NCBI GenBank assembly: GCA_963518285.1
Contig: CAUQIJ010000008.1
Span: 125,269 to 189,268 of the forward strand
DNA length: 64,000 nucleotides
Source: an uncultured Pseudomonas sp.
Lineage (GTDB): Bacteria; Pseudomonadota; Gammaproteobacteria; Pseudomonadales; Pseudomonadaceae
Direction of reading: 5' to 3'
The notes beneath the pieces were generated by a model, which saw only the letters and a list, made by a program, of their open reading frames with translations, did no database searches and was not told the DNA's origin. A program made the position numbers and the translations under genes. Below, one piece after another: positions 51,486-63,475 of this stretch (the stretch's first letter is position 1; the number at the start of each line of letters is the position of its first letter).

Positions 51486-52123
51486 TTTACAAGAACCTGA
51501 ATCCAGGCAAAGCCCTGATCTGGCGCATCGTGCACCGGGACAATCTTGCCTGGCTGCTGGACAACGGATTGTGCGCATCAGGTTCAGAAAAACTGGCGAG
51601 CAATTATGTTGGCATCGGAAACCCGGACCTGATCAGCAGACGATCGCAGCGTGAGGTGCCCATCGAACCTGGGGGGACCTTGGCTGACTATGTGCCGTTC
51701 TATTTCACCCCATTCTCGGTGATGATGAAAAATATCCACTCAGGCTGGGGGGTTCAGAAGCGGAGCAATGACGAAATCGTGATCTTGGTCTCAAGCCTGT
51801 ACCATATCGAATCCTTGGGTTTGCGCTTCATTTTCACTGACGCACACGCCTACCCCAACTGGACGGGCTACTACAGCGATTTGAGCAGCCTTGATCAGAT
51901 TGACTGGGAGGTGCTGCAGCATAGGGACTTCAAGCGGGACCCCGAAGACCCGCGTAAGATGGAGCGGTATCAGGCAGATGCATTGGTTCATGGGCACCTT
52001 CCACCCAGTGGTCTTCTTGGGATTATCTGCTACAACGAAACGTTGAAGTGTCGTGTTGAGGAGGAGGTCCAGAAACGGCGGTTGGACATTCCCGTTCACG
52101 CTCGGCCTGGATGGTATTTCTGA
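51482..52123 (+). CDS. darT: DarT DNA ADP-ribosyltransferase toxin (catalytic position reads Asp)
   Basis: [35 protein letters not shown]. Confidence 0.88.
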   Translation: MIYKNLNPGKALIWRIVHRDNLAWLLDNGLCASGSEKLASNYVGIGNPDLISRRSQREVPIEPGGTLADYVPFYFTPFSVMMKNIHSGWGVQKRSNDEIVILVSSLYHIESLGLRFIFTDAHAYPNWTGYYSDLSSLDQIDWEVLQHRDFKRDPEDPRKMERYQADALVHGHLPPSGLLGIICYNETLKCRVEEEVQKRRLDIPVHARPGWYF

Positions 52124-53217
52124 TGATTAGTTTCACACAAGGTAACCTGCTTGAGGCAAAGTCTGAAGCATTGGTGAACACCGTGAATACGGTCGGTGTG
52201 ATGGGCAAGGGCATAGCGCTGATGTTCAAGGAGCGCTTTTCTCAGAACTATCGCCTGTATGCGGCTGCCTGTAAGGCCAAGGAAGTTCGTACTGGTAAAA
52301 TGTTCGTCACCGAGGTGGCGGAACTTGATGGGCCTCGCTGGATAGTGAATTTTCCTACAAAGCAACACTGGAGATCACCTTCCCAGATTGCTTGGATAAC
52401 CGAAGGCCTGGTTGATCTACGGAATTTCATCATTGAAAAAGGTATAAGGTCTATTGCAATACCGCCCCTTGGCGCAGGGAATGGCGGGCTGCCTTGGCCA
52501 GAGGTAAAAGAGCAAATCGAAACTGTTTTGGGTGGTCTGGAAACAGAGATTAATGTTTTTGAACCCACCGGCCAGTATCAAAACGTTGCCAAACGTGGCG
52601 GCGTGGAAGCACTAACGCCTGCGCGTGCTTTGATTGCGGAATTGATCCGCCGTTATTGGGTGCTGGGGATGGAGTGCAGCCTGATTGAAGTTCAGAAGCT
52701 GGCGTGGTTCCTGGAGAGATCCATAAGTCGGATGTCACTGGATAATCCTTTGGATCTTAAGTTCAAGGCCCACATTTATGGGCCGTACGCGAACAGGCTG
52801 CAGCACCTGCTGAATAATCTCGATGGAAGCTATCTGCATTGTGCTAAGCGCCTTAGTGATGCCGAGCCTCTTGATGTGATTTGGTTTGATGAAAGCCGAA
52901 AATCTTTTATTCAGGCGTACCTGCACAGTGAGGCCAAGGACTACTTGCCTGCGCTTGAGTTTACGGCTGATCTAATTGACGGTTTCGAGTCGCCTTATGG
53001 CATGGAGTTGCTTGCTACTGTCGACTGGCTGCTGACGTGTGACGGAGTCGAACCGACTGTTCAGGGTGTGCGTGAAGGACTTCAGGCTTGGAATGGCGGC
53101 AAGGAATCAGCAGCCCGCAAAGGCCGAATATTTGATGACGAATCCTTACAGATTGCCTTGCTTAGACTGACTTCTAAAAGCATGGATATATCAGGCCCGA
53201 TCTCCAACAGAATTTAG
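52123..53217 (+). CDS. darG: DarG macrodomain antitoxin
   Basis: [61 protein letters not shown] coupling to darT. Confidence 0.92.
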   Translation: MISFTQGNLLEAKSEALVNTVNTVGVMGKGIALMFKERFSQNYRLYAAACKAKEVRTGKMFVTEVAELDGPRWIVNFPTKQHWRSPSQIAWITEGLVDLRNFIIEKGIRSIAIPPLGAGNGGLPWPEVKEQIETVLGGLETEINVFEPTGQYQNVAKRGGVEALTPARALIAELIRRYWVLGMECSLIEVQKLAWFLERSISRMSLDNPLDLKFKAHIYGPYANRLQHLLNNLDGSYLHCAKRLSDAEPLDVIWFDESRKSFIQAYLHSEAKDYLPALEFTADLIDGFESPYGMELLATVDWLLTCDGVEPTVQGVREGLQAWNGGKESAARKGRIFDDESLQIALLRLTSKSMDISGPISNRI

Positions 53218-53228
53218 TTCGCATGGCG

Positions 53229-53285
53229 AAAAAAAACCGGCGCACCAGGCGCCGGTCTGTTTTGCTGAAAAGCCTTACAGCCCGT
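53229..53285. repeat. Direct repeat copy B: ilvD stop codon and terminator
   Basis: A8-CCGGCGC..GCGCCGG hairpin and the ilvD TAA. Confidence 0.95.
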
Positions 53286-55116
53286 CGAGCAGCGCCTTGT
53301 CGCGCACAGCACCTTTGTCGGCACTGGTTGCCAGCAACGCGTAGGCCTTCAACGCCGTGGTGACTTTGCGCGGACGCACTTCCACCGGCTTCCAGCCTTT
53401 CTTGTCCTGCTCGGCGCGGCGGGTGGCCAGCTCCTCATCGCTGACCAACAGGTTGATCGAGCGGTTGGGGATGTCGATCAACACCTTGTCGCCATCGCGC
53501 ACCAGGCCAATCGCGCCACCGGCTGCGGCTTCAGGCGAAGCGTGGCCGATCGACAGGCCCGAGGTACCGCCAGAGAAACGGCCATCGGTGAGCAGGGCGC
53601 AGGCTTTGCCCAGGCCTTTGGACTTGAGGTACGAGGTCGGGTAGAGCATCTCTTGCATGCCCGGGCCGCCTTTCGGGCCTTCGTAACGGATGATCACGAT
53701 ATCGCCGGCCTGCACTTCGTCGGCCAGAATGCCGCGCACGGCGCTGTCCTGGCTTTCGAAGATCTTCGCGTTGCCTTCGAACACATGGATCGACTCGTCG
53801 ACACCGGCAGTTTTCACCACGCAGCCATCGAGGGCGATGTTGCCGTACAGCACGGCGAGGCCGCCTTCTTGCGAATAGGCGTGCTCGAAGCTGCGGATGC
53901 AGCCGTTTTCACGGTCGTCATCGAGGGTTTCCCAACGGGTCGACTGACTGAACGCGGTCTGCGTCGGGATGCCACCAGGGCCGGCCTTGAAGAAGGTGTG
54001 CACGGCTTCATCGTCGGTCTGGGTGATGTCCCACTTGGCAATGGCTTCTTCCATGCTCGGGCTGTGCACGGTCGGCAGGTCGGTGTGCAGCAGGCCGCCA
54101 CGGGCCAGCGAGCCGAGGATGCTGAAGATGCCGCCGGCGCGGTGGACGTCTTCCATGTGGTACTTCTGGATGTTCGGCGCCACCTTGCACAGCTGCGGCA
54201 CCTTGCGCGACAGCCGGTCGATATCACGCAGGTCGAACTGGACCTCACCTTCCTGGGCTGCAGCGAGCAGGTGCAGGATGGTGTTGGTCGAGCCGCCCAT
54301 GGCGATGTCGAGCATCATGGCGTTTTCGAACGCCTTGAAGTTGGCGATGTTGCGCGGCAGCACCGAGGCGTCGTTGTCGCCGTAGTAGCGTTTGCACAGC
54401 TCGACGATGGTGCGGCCAGCCGTGAGGAACAGCTGCTCACGGTCAGAGTGAGTGGCCAGGGTCGAACCGTTGCCAGGCAGGGCCAGGCCGAGTGCTTCGG
54501 TCAGGCAGTTCATCGAGTTGGCGGTGAACATGCCGGAGCACGAGCCACAGGTCGGGCAGGCGCTGCGCTCGTACTCGGCGACTTTTTCATCGCTGGCGGT
54601 GGAGTCGGCGGCGATGACCATGGCGTCGACCAGGTCCAGGCCGTGGCTGGCGAGTTTGGTCTTGCCGGCTTCCATCGGCCCGCCGGAGACGAAGATCACC
54701 GGGATGTTCAGGCGCAGTGCAGCCATGAGCATGCCAGGGGTGATCTTGTCGCAGTTGGAGATGCACACGATGGCGTCGGCGCAGTGGGCGTTGACCATGT
54801 ACTCGACCGAGTCGGCGATGATCTCGCGGCTGGGCAGCGAATAGAGCATGCCGTCGTGGCCCATGGCGATGCCATCGTCGACCGCAATGGTGTTGAACTC
54901 TTTGGCCACGCCACCGGCGCGCTCGATCTCGCGGGCGACCAACTGGCCCAGGTCCTTGAGGTGCACATGCCCCGGGACGAACTGGGTGAACGAGTTGGCG
55001 ATGGCGATGATCGGTTTCTTGAAGTCTTCATCCTTCATCCCGGTTGCGCGCCACAGGGCACGGGCACCGGCCATGTTGCGGCCGTGGGTGGAAGTCTTGG
55101 AACGATAATCAGGCAT
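53275..55116 (-). CDS. ilvD: Dihydroxy-acid dehydratase
   Basis: [35 protein letters not shown]. Confidence 0.97.
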   Translation of the reverse strand: MPDYRSKTSTHGRNMAGARALWRATGMKDEDFKKPIIAIANSFTQFVPGHVHLKDLGQLVAREIERAGGVAKEFNTIAVDDGIAMGHDGMLYSLPSREIIADSVEYMVNAHCADAIVCISNCDKITPGMLMAALRLNIPVIFVSGGPMEAGKTKLASHGLDLVDAMVIAADSTASDEKVAEYERSACPTCGSCSGMFTANSMNCLTEALGLALPGNGSTLATHSDREQLFLTAGRTIVELCKRYYGDNDASVLPRNIANFKAFENAMMLDIAMGGSTNTILHLLAAAQEGEVQFDLRDIDRLSRKVPQLCKVAPNIQKYHMEDVHRAGGIFSILGSLARGGLLHTDLPTVHSPSMEEAIAKWDITQTDDEAVHTFFKAGPGGIPTQTAFSQSTRWETLDDDRENGCIRSFEHAYSQEGGLAVLYGNIALDGCVVKTAGVDESIHVFEGNAKIFESQDSAVRGILADEVQAGDIVIIRYEGPKGGPGMQEMLYPTSYLKSKGLGKACALLTDGRFSGGTSGLSIGHASPEAAAGGAIGLVRDGDKVLIDIPNRSINLLVSDEELATRRAEQDKKGWKPVEVRPRKVTTALKAYALLATSADKGAVRDKALLDGL

Positions 55117-55404
55117 GAAGCACTCCTGGCGGCTGAATCAGGTCAGAAAAAAGGGAAGTGAGCTTCTCTTGTCCTTTGCACCGCAGGCCGGTTGCCACTG
55201 GCACGGATGAGGTCGAAAACACTACGGGATCGCCGCAAGCTCGACCAGAGCTCATAAACCCGCCGGGGATGACTGGCGATGAATAGGCCGATTCTACACC
55301 GCTGCGGCCGTGAAGGGAGGCCGATGTGCCGGGTGGATATCGGCTAGGGGGTGGCCGAACTGCCGTAGGCGCTTCCCAAATGGGTACAACCGGGCAATTG
55401 CATA

Positions 55405-55452
55405 CTGAGCGCAGCGATGACAGCGACCGGGCGTCGCTGTCATCGCGCTCAG
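55405..55452. repeat. Long inverted repeat downstream of the methyltransferase
   Basis: GCGATGACAGCGAC / GTCGCTGTCATCGC plus flanking CTGAGC/GCTCAG. Confidence 0.7.
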
Positions 55453-55461
55453 CGGGGCGAC

Positions 55462-56658
55462 TTAGCTGTTGGGCAGCAAGCGACAGGTGATGCTCTTGAT
55501 GTAGCGGGTTTCAGGAATCGCCGGGTGCACCGGGTGGTCCGGGCCCTGGCCGCCGCGCTCGAGCAACTGCAGGTTGCGGTCGAGGTGACGGGCGCTGGTC
55601 AGCAAGATGTTGTTGAGGTCGTCTTCGGGCAAGTGCATCGAGCACGAAGCGCTGACCAGAATGCCGTCCTTGTTGAGCAGGCGCATGGCTTGCTCGTTCA
55701 GGCGACGGTAGGCGCCTTCGCCGTTTTTCAGGTCTTTCTTGCGTTTGATGAAGGCGGGTGGGTCGGCGATGATCACGTCGAAGCGCTCTTCAGCGGCCTT
55801 CAGCTCGCGCAGTGCCTCGAACACGTCGCCTTCGATGCAGGTCAGCTTGTCGCCGATGCCATTGAGTGCCGCGTTGCGCTCGACGCCGTCGAGAGCAAAG
55901 CTGGAGGCATCCACGCAGAACACTTCGCTGGCGCCGAACACGCCGGCCTGCACGCCCCAGCCACCGATATAGCTGAACAGGTCGAGCACGCGCTTGCCTT
56001 TGGCATATGGCGCCAAGCGGGCACGGTTCATGCGGTGGTCGTAGAACCAGCCGGTCTTCTGCCCTTCACGCACCGGGGCTTCGAACTTGACGCCGTTCTC
56101 TTCCAGGGCGACCCAGTCCGGCACTTCACCGTAGACGGTTTCGACGTAACGCTGCAGGCCTTCGGCATCGCGCGCGGCGGAGTCGTTCTTGAACAGGATG
56201 CCGCTTGGCTTGAGCACCTGCACCAGGGCGGCGATCACGTCGTCCTTGTGCTGTTCCATGGTCGCCGAGGCCAACTGCACCACGAGGATGTCGAAGAAAC
56301 GATCGACCACCAGCCCCGGCAGCAGGTCGGAGTCGCCGTAGACCAGGCGATAGCACGGCTTGTCGAACAGGCGCTCACGCAGCGACAGGGCCACGTTGAG
56401 GCGGTGCACCAGCAGCGATTTGTCCAGTGGTAGCTTGATGTCACGCGACAGCAGGCGCGCGCAGATCAGGTTGTTCGGGCTCAGCGCGACGATGCCCAGC
56501 GGTTTGCCATTGGCGGCCTCGAGCACAGCCTGCTGGCCGGCTTGCAGGCCTTGCAGTGGGGTTGCGGCAACATCGATTTCGTTGCTGTAGACCCACAGAT
56601 GGCCGGCGCGCAGGCGGCGATCGGCATTGGCTTTGAGACGTAGGCTGGGCAGGGACAT
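55462..56658 (-). CDS. RlmI-type SAM-dependent rRNA methyltransferase
   Basis: PUA GHLWVYSNE, GQKTGWFYD, VLDLFSY.GG, DPPAF. Confidence 0.88.
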   Translation of the reverse strand: MSLPSLRLKANADRRLRAGHLWVYSNEIDVAATPLQGLQAGQQAVLEAANGKPLGIVALSPNNLICARLLSRDIKLPLDKSLLVHRLNVALSLRERLFDKPCYRLVYGDSDLLPGLVVDRFFDILVVQLASATMEQHKDDVIAALVQVLKPSGILFKNDSAARDAEGLQRYVETVYGEVPDWVALEENGVKFEAPVREGQKTGWFYDHRMNRARLAPYAKGKRVLDLFSYIGGWGVQAGVFGASEVFCVDASSFALDGVERNAALNGIGDKLTCIEGDVFEALRELKAAEERFDVIIADPPAFIKRKKDLKNGEGAYRRLNEQAMRLLNKDGILVSASCSMHLPEDDLNNILLTSARHLDRNLQLLERGGQGPDHPVHPAIPETRYIKSITCRLLPNS

Positions 56659-56856
56659 GACGTCGCTCCGGAAAAAAGAGCGGGATTATAGCCTGTTGCC
56701 CGCCCCGCCGCTGCGGTGGATGACGAAGCGCTGCGCGGGCCGCAGCTGGCGCTGACACCTCGGGTAGCAATCCTGGCAAGCGCTGCAAGCATGCAGCGGT
56801 TGGTGCGTTGGGGGTCGCCGGGGTTAGAATCGGCCGACCTTATCGAGTGTGTATGT

Positions 56857-57729
56857 ATGTCTCAGGAACTCACCGCCGAACAGATCCAGCACGCCTTGCA
56901 GGGCATTACCATACCGCCGCAGCCGCAGATCATGGTCGACCTGCAGTTCGAGCAGTACATGCCCGACCCCGACCTGGAAACCATCGCCAAGCTGATCGCG
57001 CAGGATCCAGGGCTGTCGGGCGCCTTGCTCAAGCTGGTCAATTCGCCGCATTTTGGCCTGAGCAACAAAATCGGCTCGATCCAGCGCGCGGTCAACCTGC
57101 TCGGCAGCCGCTCGATCATCAACCTGATCAACGCGCAGTCGATCAAGGGCGAGATGAGCGATGAGACCATCGTTACCCTCAACCGTTTCTGGGACACCGC
57201 CCAGGACGTCGCGATGACCTGCCTGACTCTGGCCAAGCGAGTCGGCATTCAGGCGGCTGATGAAGCCTACACGCTGGGCCTGTTCCACGATTGCGGCGTG
57301 CCGTTGATGCTCAAGCGCTTCCCCAGCTATATGGAAGTGCTCGAAGAGGGCTATGCGAAAGCCGATGATCAGACCCGCGTGGTCGACACCGAGAACCGTG
57401 CGTTCAACACCAATCACTCGGTGGTGGGTTACTTCACCGCCAAGTCCTGGCGCCTGCCCGAGCACATCAGCGCGGCCATCGCCAACCACCACAACGCGCT
57501 GGCGGTGTTCCGCGACGATACCTCGCGCAACACCCAGAGCCAGCTGAAGAACCTGCTGGCAGTGCTGAAGATGGCCGAGCATATCTGCTCGTCGTACAAG
57601 GTGCTGGGCAACCAGTCGGTCGACCACGAGTGGCACGCGATCAGCGCGCTGGTGCTCGATTACATCGGCCTGTCCGACTACGACTTCGAGAACCTCAAAC
57701 AGACCATTCGCGAACTGGGTGGGCGCTGA
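56857..57729 (+). CDS. HDOD-domain protein
   Basis: IPPQP, QDPGLS..LLK..NS, GLFHDCG, W.LP...IANHH. Confidence 0.85.
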   Translation: MSQELTAEQIQHALQGITIPPQPQIMVDLQFEQYMPDPDLETIAKLIAQDPGLSGALLKLVNSPHFGLSNKIGSIQRAVNLLGSRSIINLINAQSIKGEMSDETIVTLNRFWDTAQDVAMTCLTLAKRVGIQAADEAYTLGLFHDCGVPLMLKRFPSYMEVLEEGYAKADDQTRVVDTENRAFNTNHSVVGYFTAKSWRLPEHISAAIANHHNALAVFRDDTSRNTQSQLKNLLAVLKMAEHICSSYKVLGNQSVDHEWHAISALVLDYIGLSDYDFENLKQTIRELGGR

Positions 57730-57732
57730 CCG

Positions 57733-58545
57733 ATGCCTGAATTACCAGAAGTCGAAACCACCCGCCGGGGGATTGCGCCGTATCTCGAGGGGCAGCGTGT
57801 CAGCCGCGTGGTCGTGCGCGAGCGACGCCTGCGCTGGCCGATTCCGGAAGACCTCGATGTGCGCTTGTCCGGGCAGCGCATCATCAGCGTCGAGCGGCGG
57901 GCCAAATACCTGTTGATCAACGCCGAGGTCGGCACGCTGATCAGCCATCTGGGCATGTCAGGTAACCTGAGGCTAGTCGAACTGGGTTTGCCAGCGTCTC
58001 GCCATGAGCACGTCGATATCGAACTCGAATCCGGGCTGGCGCTGCGCTACACCGACCCGCGTCGCTTTGGCGCGATGCTCTGGTCGCTTGATCCGCTCAA
58101 GCATGAGCTACTGCTGCGGCTGGGTCCGGAGCCACTGACCGAGCTGTTTGACGGTGATCGGCTGTTCAAGCTGTCCCGTGGGCGGGTAATGGCGGTCAAG
58201 CCGTTCATCATGGACAACGCCATCGTGGTCGGGGTGGGCAATATCTACGCCACCGAAGCGCTGTTCGCCGCCGGCATCGATCCCCGCCGCGAGGCGGGTG
58301 GGATCTCCCGTGGGCGTTATCTGAAGCTGGCGCTGGAGATCAAACGGGTGCTGGCGGCGGCCATCGAGCGTGGCGGTACCACCTTGCGCGACTTTGTTGG
58401 CGGCGATGGCCAGCCGGGTTATTTCCAGCAGGAGCTGTTTGTCTATGGTCGCGGCGGCATGCCCTGCAAGGTGTGTGGCACGGATTTGCGCGAGCTCAAG
58501 CTGGGCCAGCGGGCCAGTGTGTATTGCCCGCGCTGCCAGCGCTGA
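57733..58545 (+). CDS. mutM: Formamidopyrimidine-DNA glycosylase
   Basis: [24 protein letters not shown]4 zinc finger. Confidence 0.97.
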   Translation: MPELPEVETTRRGIAPYLEGQRVSRVVVRERRLRWPIPEDLDVRLSGQRIISVERRAKYLLINAEVGTLISHLGMSGNLRLVELGLPASRHEHVDIELESGLALRYTDPRRFGAMLWSLDPLKHELLLRLGPEPLTELFDGDRLFKLSRGRVMAVKPFIMDNAIVVGVGNIYATEALFAAGIDPRREAGGISRGRYLKLALEIKRVLAAAIERGGTTLRDFVGGDGQPGYFQQELFVYGRGGMPCKVCGTDLRELKLGQRASVYCPRCQR

Positions 58546-58551
58546 CGCCGC

Positions 58552-60233
58552 TCAGGGCAGGACCAGTGCCTGGCCAACCCCACGCGGATCACTGGCAGCT
58601 TCGAGGCTGCCAGCCTGCTTGTTCCAGTACAGCACCTGCTGGTTGCCATAGCTGCGACCAAGATCCTTCAGGCGATAGCCGCGCGCTTCCAGCTGGGCTT
58701 GCTCGGCAGCACTGAACGCGCCCGGCTCGTGCTCGACCACATCGGGCAGGTACTGATGGTGATAGCGCGCAGTGGCCGGCCAATCCTGCACCGGTTGGCC
58801 CTGTAGAAAGCCCATCATCGACAACAGCACCATGCTCGGAATGCGGCTGCCGCCCGGTGTGCCGAAGCTGGCGAACTGGGTCGGACTCTCGATGAAGCTT
58901 GGGCTCATGCTCGATAACGGCCGCTTGCCCGCCGCCACGGCGTTGGCCTGGCTACCGGCCAGGCCGTAGCTGTTGCTGCCAGCTGGGTCGGCGGCAAAGT
59001 CGTCCATTTCATTGTTCAGCACAACGCCGGTTCCAGCCACGGTGAACGCTGCACCAAACGGCAGGTTGACCGAGAGAGTCGCAGCCAGGGCATTACCCTC
59101 GGCATCGATCACTGCGAAATGCGTGGTGTGATCGCCCTCGCGCCAGGCGGGCGCGGGCGGCAGGGCGCTGCTTGGGGTGGCTTGGTAGACGTCGATGCCG
59201 TCGGCCAGACCGGTCAGGTAATTACGTGCCAGGAGCTTGTTGATCGGGTTGCTGACGTAGTCAGGGTCACCCAGCAGGCCGCGGTCGCGATAGGCGCGGC
59301 GCAACACCTCCAACACATAGTGGCTGCGCTGGACCGGCTCGGCGCTCTGCCACGGCAGGCGCTGGAGCATCGCCAGGCTTTGCGCCAGGGCAACGCCGCC
59401 GGCCGAGGGCGGTGGGCTGCTGATCAGCTCGCGCTGGTCGGCCAGCTTGAAGCGCAAAGGTTCGCGCCAGACGCTGCGATAGCTGGCCAGGTCGTCCAGG
59501 CTCCAGATACCGCCCGCCTGACGTACACCGGCCACCAGCTGCTGCGCCAGCTGGCCGCGATAGAAACCGTCGCGGCCGTGCTTGGCAAGCTGTTGCAGAG
59601 TAGCGGCCAATTCAGGCTGGCGGATCAGCGTGCCCAGTGCTGGCACCTGATTGTCACGCAGGAACAGCCGCGCGCTCTGCGCATCCTCACGCAACGCAGC
59701 GAGGCGCATCTGTGCACGGTCGCGGTACACCCGGTCAACGGCAAAACCTTCGTTGGCGAGGCGAATGGCCGGCGCCAGGCTGTCCTTGAGTGGCAGTTTG
59801 CCGTGGGCGCTGGCCAGATCAGCCAGGGCTTGCGGCAGGCCAGGGATGGCAGCGGCCAATGGGCCGTTGATCGACAGGCTCGGGCTGAGCTTGCCATCTT
59901 TCAGGTACATGTCAGCGGTTGCGGCGCCCGGTGCACGCTCGCGGGCATCGAGAAAACGGTAGCGGGGCGTCTCGCCAGCTTCACGCAGCAGGAAGAAGCC
60001 ACCACCGCCCAGCCCCGAACCATACGGCTCGACCACGGCCAGCGCAGCGCTGACGGCAATCGCGGCATCGAAGGCGTTGCCGCCCTGTTCGAGGATCAAG
60101 CGGGCGGCAGCGGTCGCTTCAGCGTGCGGGCTGGCAATCGCGGCGCGGCCAGGCGCCTGGGCCAGGGCGGCCGTCGCCAGCAGTGCGACAACGGCGCCAA
60201 GTGCCGCCTGGCGTAAACCGCGCGGGCTGATCA

Positions 60234-60234
<1 letters not shown>
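58552..60234 (-). CDS. ggt: Gamma-glutamyltransferase
   Basis: GGNAFDAA, SGLGGGGF, HTTHF, LNNEMDDF, PLSSMSP. Confidence 0.92.
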
Positions 60235-60521
<287 letters not shown>

Positions 60522-60595
60522 TCAGACCTAATGGCCGCAATTGTGCCGCAATCGCGCCCGCAGTGCACGCGGGCGCGACGTTCAGGCGCTGCAGA

Positions 60596-61186
<591 letters not shown>

Positions 61187-61201
61187 TCATGCGCGCGCGA
61201 G

Positions 61202-62632
61202 TCAGCGAATGAACAGCTTGTAGACCAGCCGTTGCAGTGCTTTGCCGTACGGCGGATAGATCAGCCGGGCCAGATTGAGCCGCTGTTTGCTCAGTACTGC
61301 CCTGGCGTTGCTGAAGGTCAGGAAGCCGTCGTGGCCGTGATAGCGGCCCATGCCCGAGGGCCCTACGCCGCCGAAGGGCAGGTCATCCTGGGCAACATGC
61401 AGCAGGGTGTCGTTGATGCATACCCCGCCCGAGTGACTGTGCTGCAGTACCAACTGCTGCTGCGCGCGGTCCTGGCCGAAGAAGTACAGGGCCAGTGGCC
61501 GCGGCCGCTGATTGATGTAGGCAAGCGCATCGTTCAGCGTGTCGTAGGGCACCAGCGGCAGCAGCGGGCCGAAGATTTCGTCCTGCATGACCTGCATGTC
61601 ATCGCTCACATCCAGCAGCAGGTGCGGTGGCAGGCGGCGGCCTTCGCGGCTTTCATGTGAATACAGATCAAGCACCTGGGCGCCTTTGTCGCTGGCATCC
61701 GCGAGCAAGCGCTCGAGCCGCTGCAGTTGTTGCGGGTTGATGATCGCGCTGTAGTCGCGGTTGCCCGCGATGCTTGGGTACAGGCGCCGTGCGGCCTGTC
61801 GATAAGCGTCGGCAAACGCGCCGACACGATCCCGCGGTACCAGCACGTAGTCGGGCGCGACGCAGGTCTGGCCGGCATTGAGCAGTTTGCCGAAGGCGAT
61901 GCGCTCGGCGGCACTGGCCAGGGCCGCGCTGGACGAAACGATGACCGGCGATTTGCCACCCAGCTCCAGCGTGACCGGAGTCAGGTTGTTGGCCGCCGCC
62001 AGCATCACCCGCCGGCCGATGCTGGTGGCACCGGTAAACAACAGGTGGTCGAACGGCAGGCGGGCAAACGCCTGGCCGACCTCGACCTCGCCCAGCACCA
62101 CGCTGACCAGGTCTTCGGGAAACACCCGCGCCAGCAGCGCTTGCAGCGCAAGGCCGCTGGCCGGAGTGGCCTCACTGAGTTTGAGCATGACCCGGTTACC
62201 CGCCGCCAGCGCCCCGGTCAACGGGCCAATGGCCAGAAACAGCGGGTAGTTCCACGGCACGATGATGCCGACCACACCCAGGGGCTGGTACTCCACCCGC
62301 GCACTGGCCGGTTGAAAGGCCAGGCCGACCTTGCGCCGCGAGGGCCGCATCCAGCGCTGCAGCTGGCGCTCGGCATCGCGCAGGCCTTGCACCGTGGGCA
62401 ATAGCTCGGCCAGCAGGGTCTCGTCGGCACTACGGCCGGCAAAGTCGGCGTCGATCGCATCGATCAAGCGCTGCTGGTCTGCCAGCAATGCTTCGCGCAG
62501 GCTCTTCAGCCATTGCCGGCGCTGCGCGGCAGGTGGCGACGGGTTGGCCGCGAACGCCTGTCGCTGCAGGGCGAACGTCGCTTGCAGGTCGAGGTCGGAA
62601 TGCACAGGAGGCGCGCTCAGGGTTGAAGACAT
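61202..62632 (-). CDS. Coniferyl-aldehyde dehydrogenase-like ALDH
   Basis: PWNYP, FTGA, LELGGKSP, NAGQTCVAPDY, EIFGP. Confidence 0.85.
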   Translation of the reverse strand: MSSTLSAPPVHSDLDLQATFALQRQAFAANPSPPAAQRRQWLKSLREALLADQQRLIDAIDADFAGRSADETLLAELLPTVQGLRDAERQLQRWMRPSRRKVGLAFQPASARVEYQPLGVVGIIVPWNYPLFLAIGPLTGALAAGNRVMLKLSEATPASGLALQALLARVFPEDLVSVVLGEVEVGQAFARLPFDHLLFTGATSIGRRVMLAAANNLTPVTLELGGKSPVIVSSSAALASAAERIAFGKLLNAGQTCVAPDYVLVPRDRVGAFADAYRQAARRLYPSIAGNRDYSAIINPQQLQRLERLLADASDKGAQVLDLYSHESREGRRLPPHLLLDVSDDMQVMQDEIFGPLLPLVPYDTLNDALAYINQRPRPLALYFFGQDRAQQQLVLQHSHSGGVCINDTLLHVAQDDLPFGGVGPSGMGRYHGHDGFLTFSNARAVLSKQRLNLARLIYPPYGKALQRLVYKLFIR

Positions 62633-62778
62633 CACAGGCTCCGCGAGGCCGGACAGGTGCTAGAGCTTGTACTCTAATTCGATCAGGATTTCGACCCGTG
62701 AGCGGTTTTCAATCGTGCAACCGTGGCTGGATTGACCGTAAGATGCGGTATCGAACTGCCCGTAACCTGGAGCTGAGC

Positions 62779-63444
62779 ATGGCCCCACGCATCAATACCC
62801 GTGAGCGCATCGTGCAGAACAGCCTGGAGCTGTTCAATCAGCAGGGCGAGCGCAGCGTCAGCACCAATCACATCGCCGCGCATATGGAAATGTCGCCCGG
62901 CAACCTGTACTACCACTTCCCCAACAAGCAGGCGATCATCGCCGTGCTGTTCAGTCAGTACGAAGAGCTGGTCGACAGCTTTCTGCGCCCGCCCCAGGGC
63001 CGGGCGGCGACCGTCGAAGACAAACGCTTCTATCTCAAGGCACTGCTCGCGGCGATGTGGAACTTCCGCTTCCTGCATCGTGACCTTGAGCATTTGCTCG
63101 AAAGCGACCTGGAGCTGGCCGCCCGCTACCGGCGCTTTTCCCAGCGCTGCCTGCTGCAGGGCCAGGCGATCTACCGCGGCTTTGTCGAGGCCGGCATCCT
63201 CGCCATGGCGCCTGCGCAGATCGAGTCGCTGACCATCAATGCCTGGATCGTGCTGACGTCATGGGTACGTTTTCTCAGCACCACCCGCGAACATTCGGCG
63301 CATCTGGGTGAAGAAGCCTTCAAGCGCGGCGTCTATCAAGTGCTGGTGCTGGAGCTCGGCTTTGTCACGGCCGATGCGCGCGCTGCCGTCGACGCCTTGT
63401 GCGATGAATTTCACATACCTTTCAATCAGGCCTTGGCGCACTGA
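62779..63444 (+). CDS. TetR/AcrR-family regulator
   Basis: HTH STNHIAAHMEMSPGNLYYHF; start ATG 62779. Confidence 0.9.
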   Translation: MAPRINTRERIVQNSLELFNQQGERSVSTNHIAAHMEMSPGNLYYHFPNKQAIIAVLFSQYEELVDSFLRPPQGRAATVEDKRFYLKALLAAMWNFRFLHRDLEHLLESDLELAARYRRFSQRCLLQGQAIYRGFVEAGILAMAPAQIESLTINAWIVLTSWVRFLSTTREHSAHLGEEAFKRGVYQVLVLELGFVTADARAAVDALCDEFHIPFNQALAH

Positions 63445-63475
63445 CGCCTTGCTGCCATTCGATCAGGAGATTGTC

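Larger units (their letters stand above)
51027..53228 (+). mobile_element. Small lower-GC defence islet (darT-like fragment, darT, darG) at the ilvD 3' end; no integrase
   Basis: Bracketed by 57/58-bp direct repeats; atypical codon usage. Confidence 0.75.
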
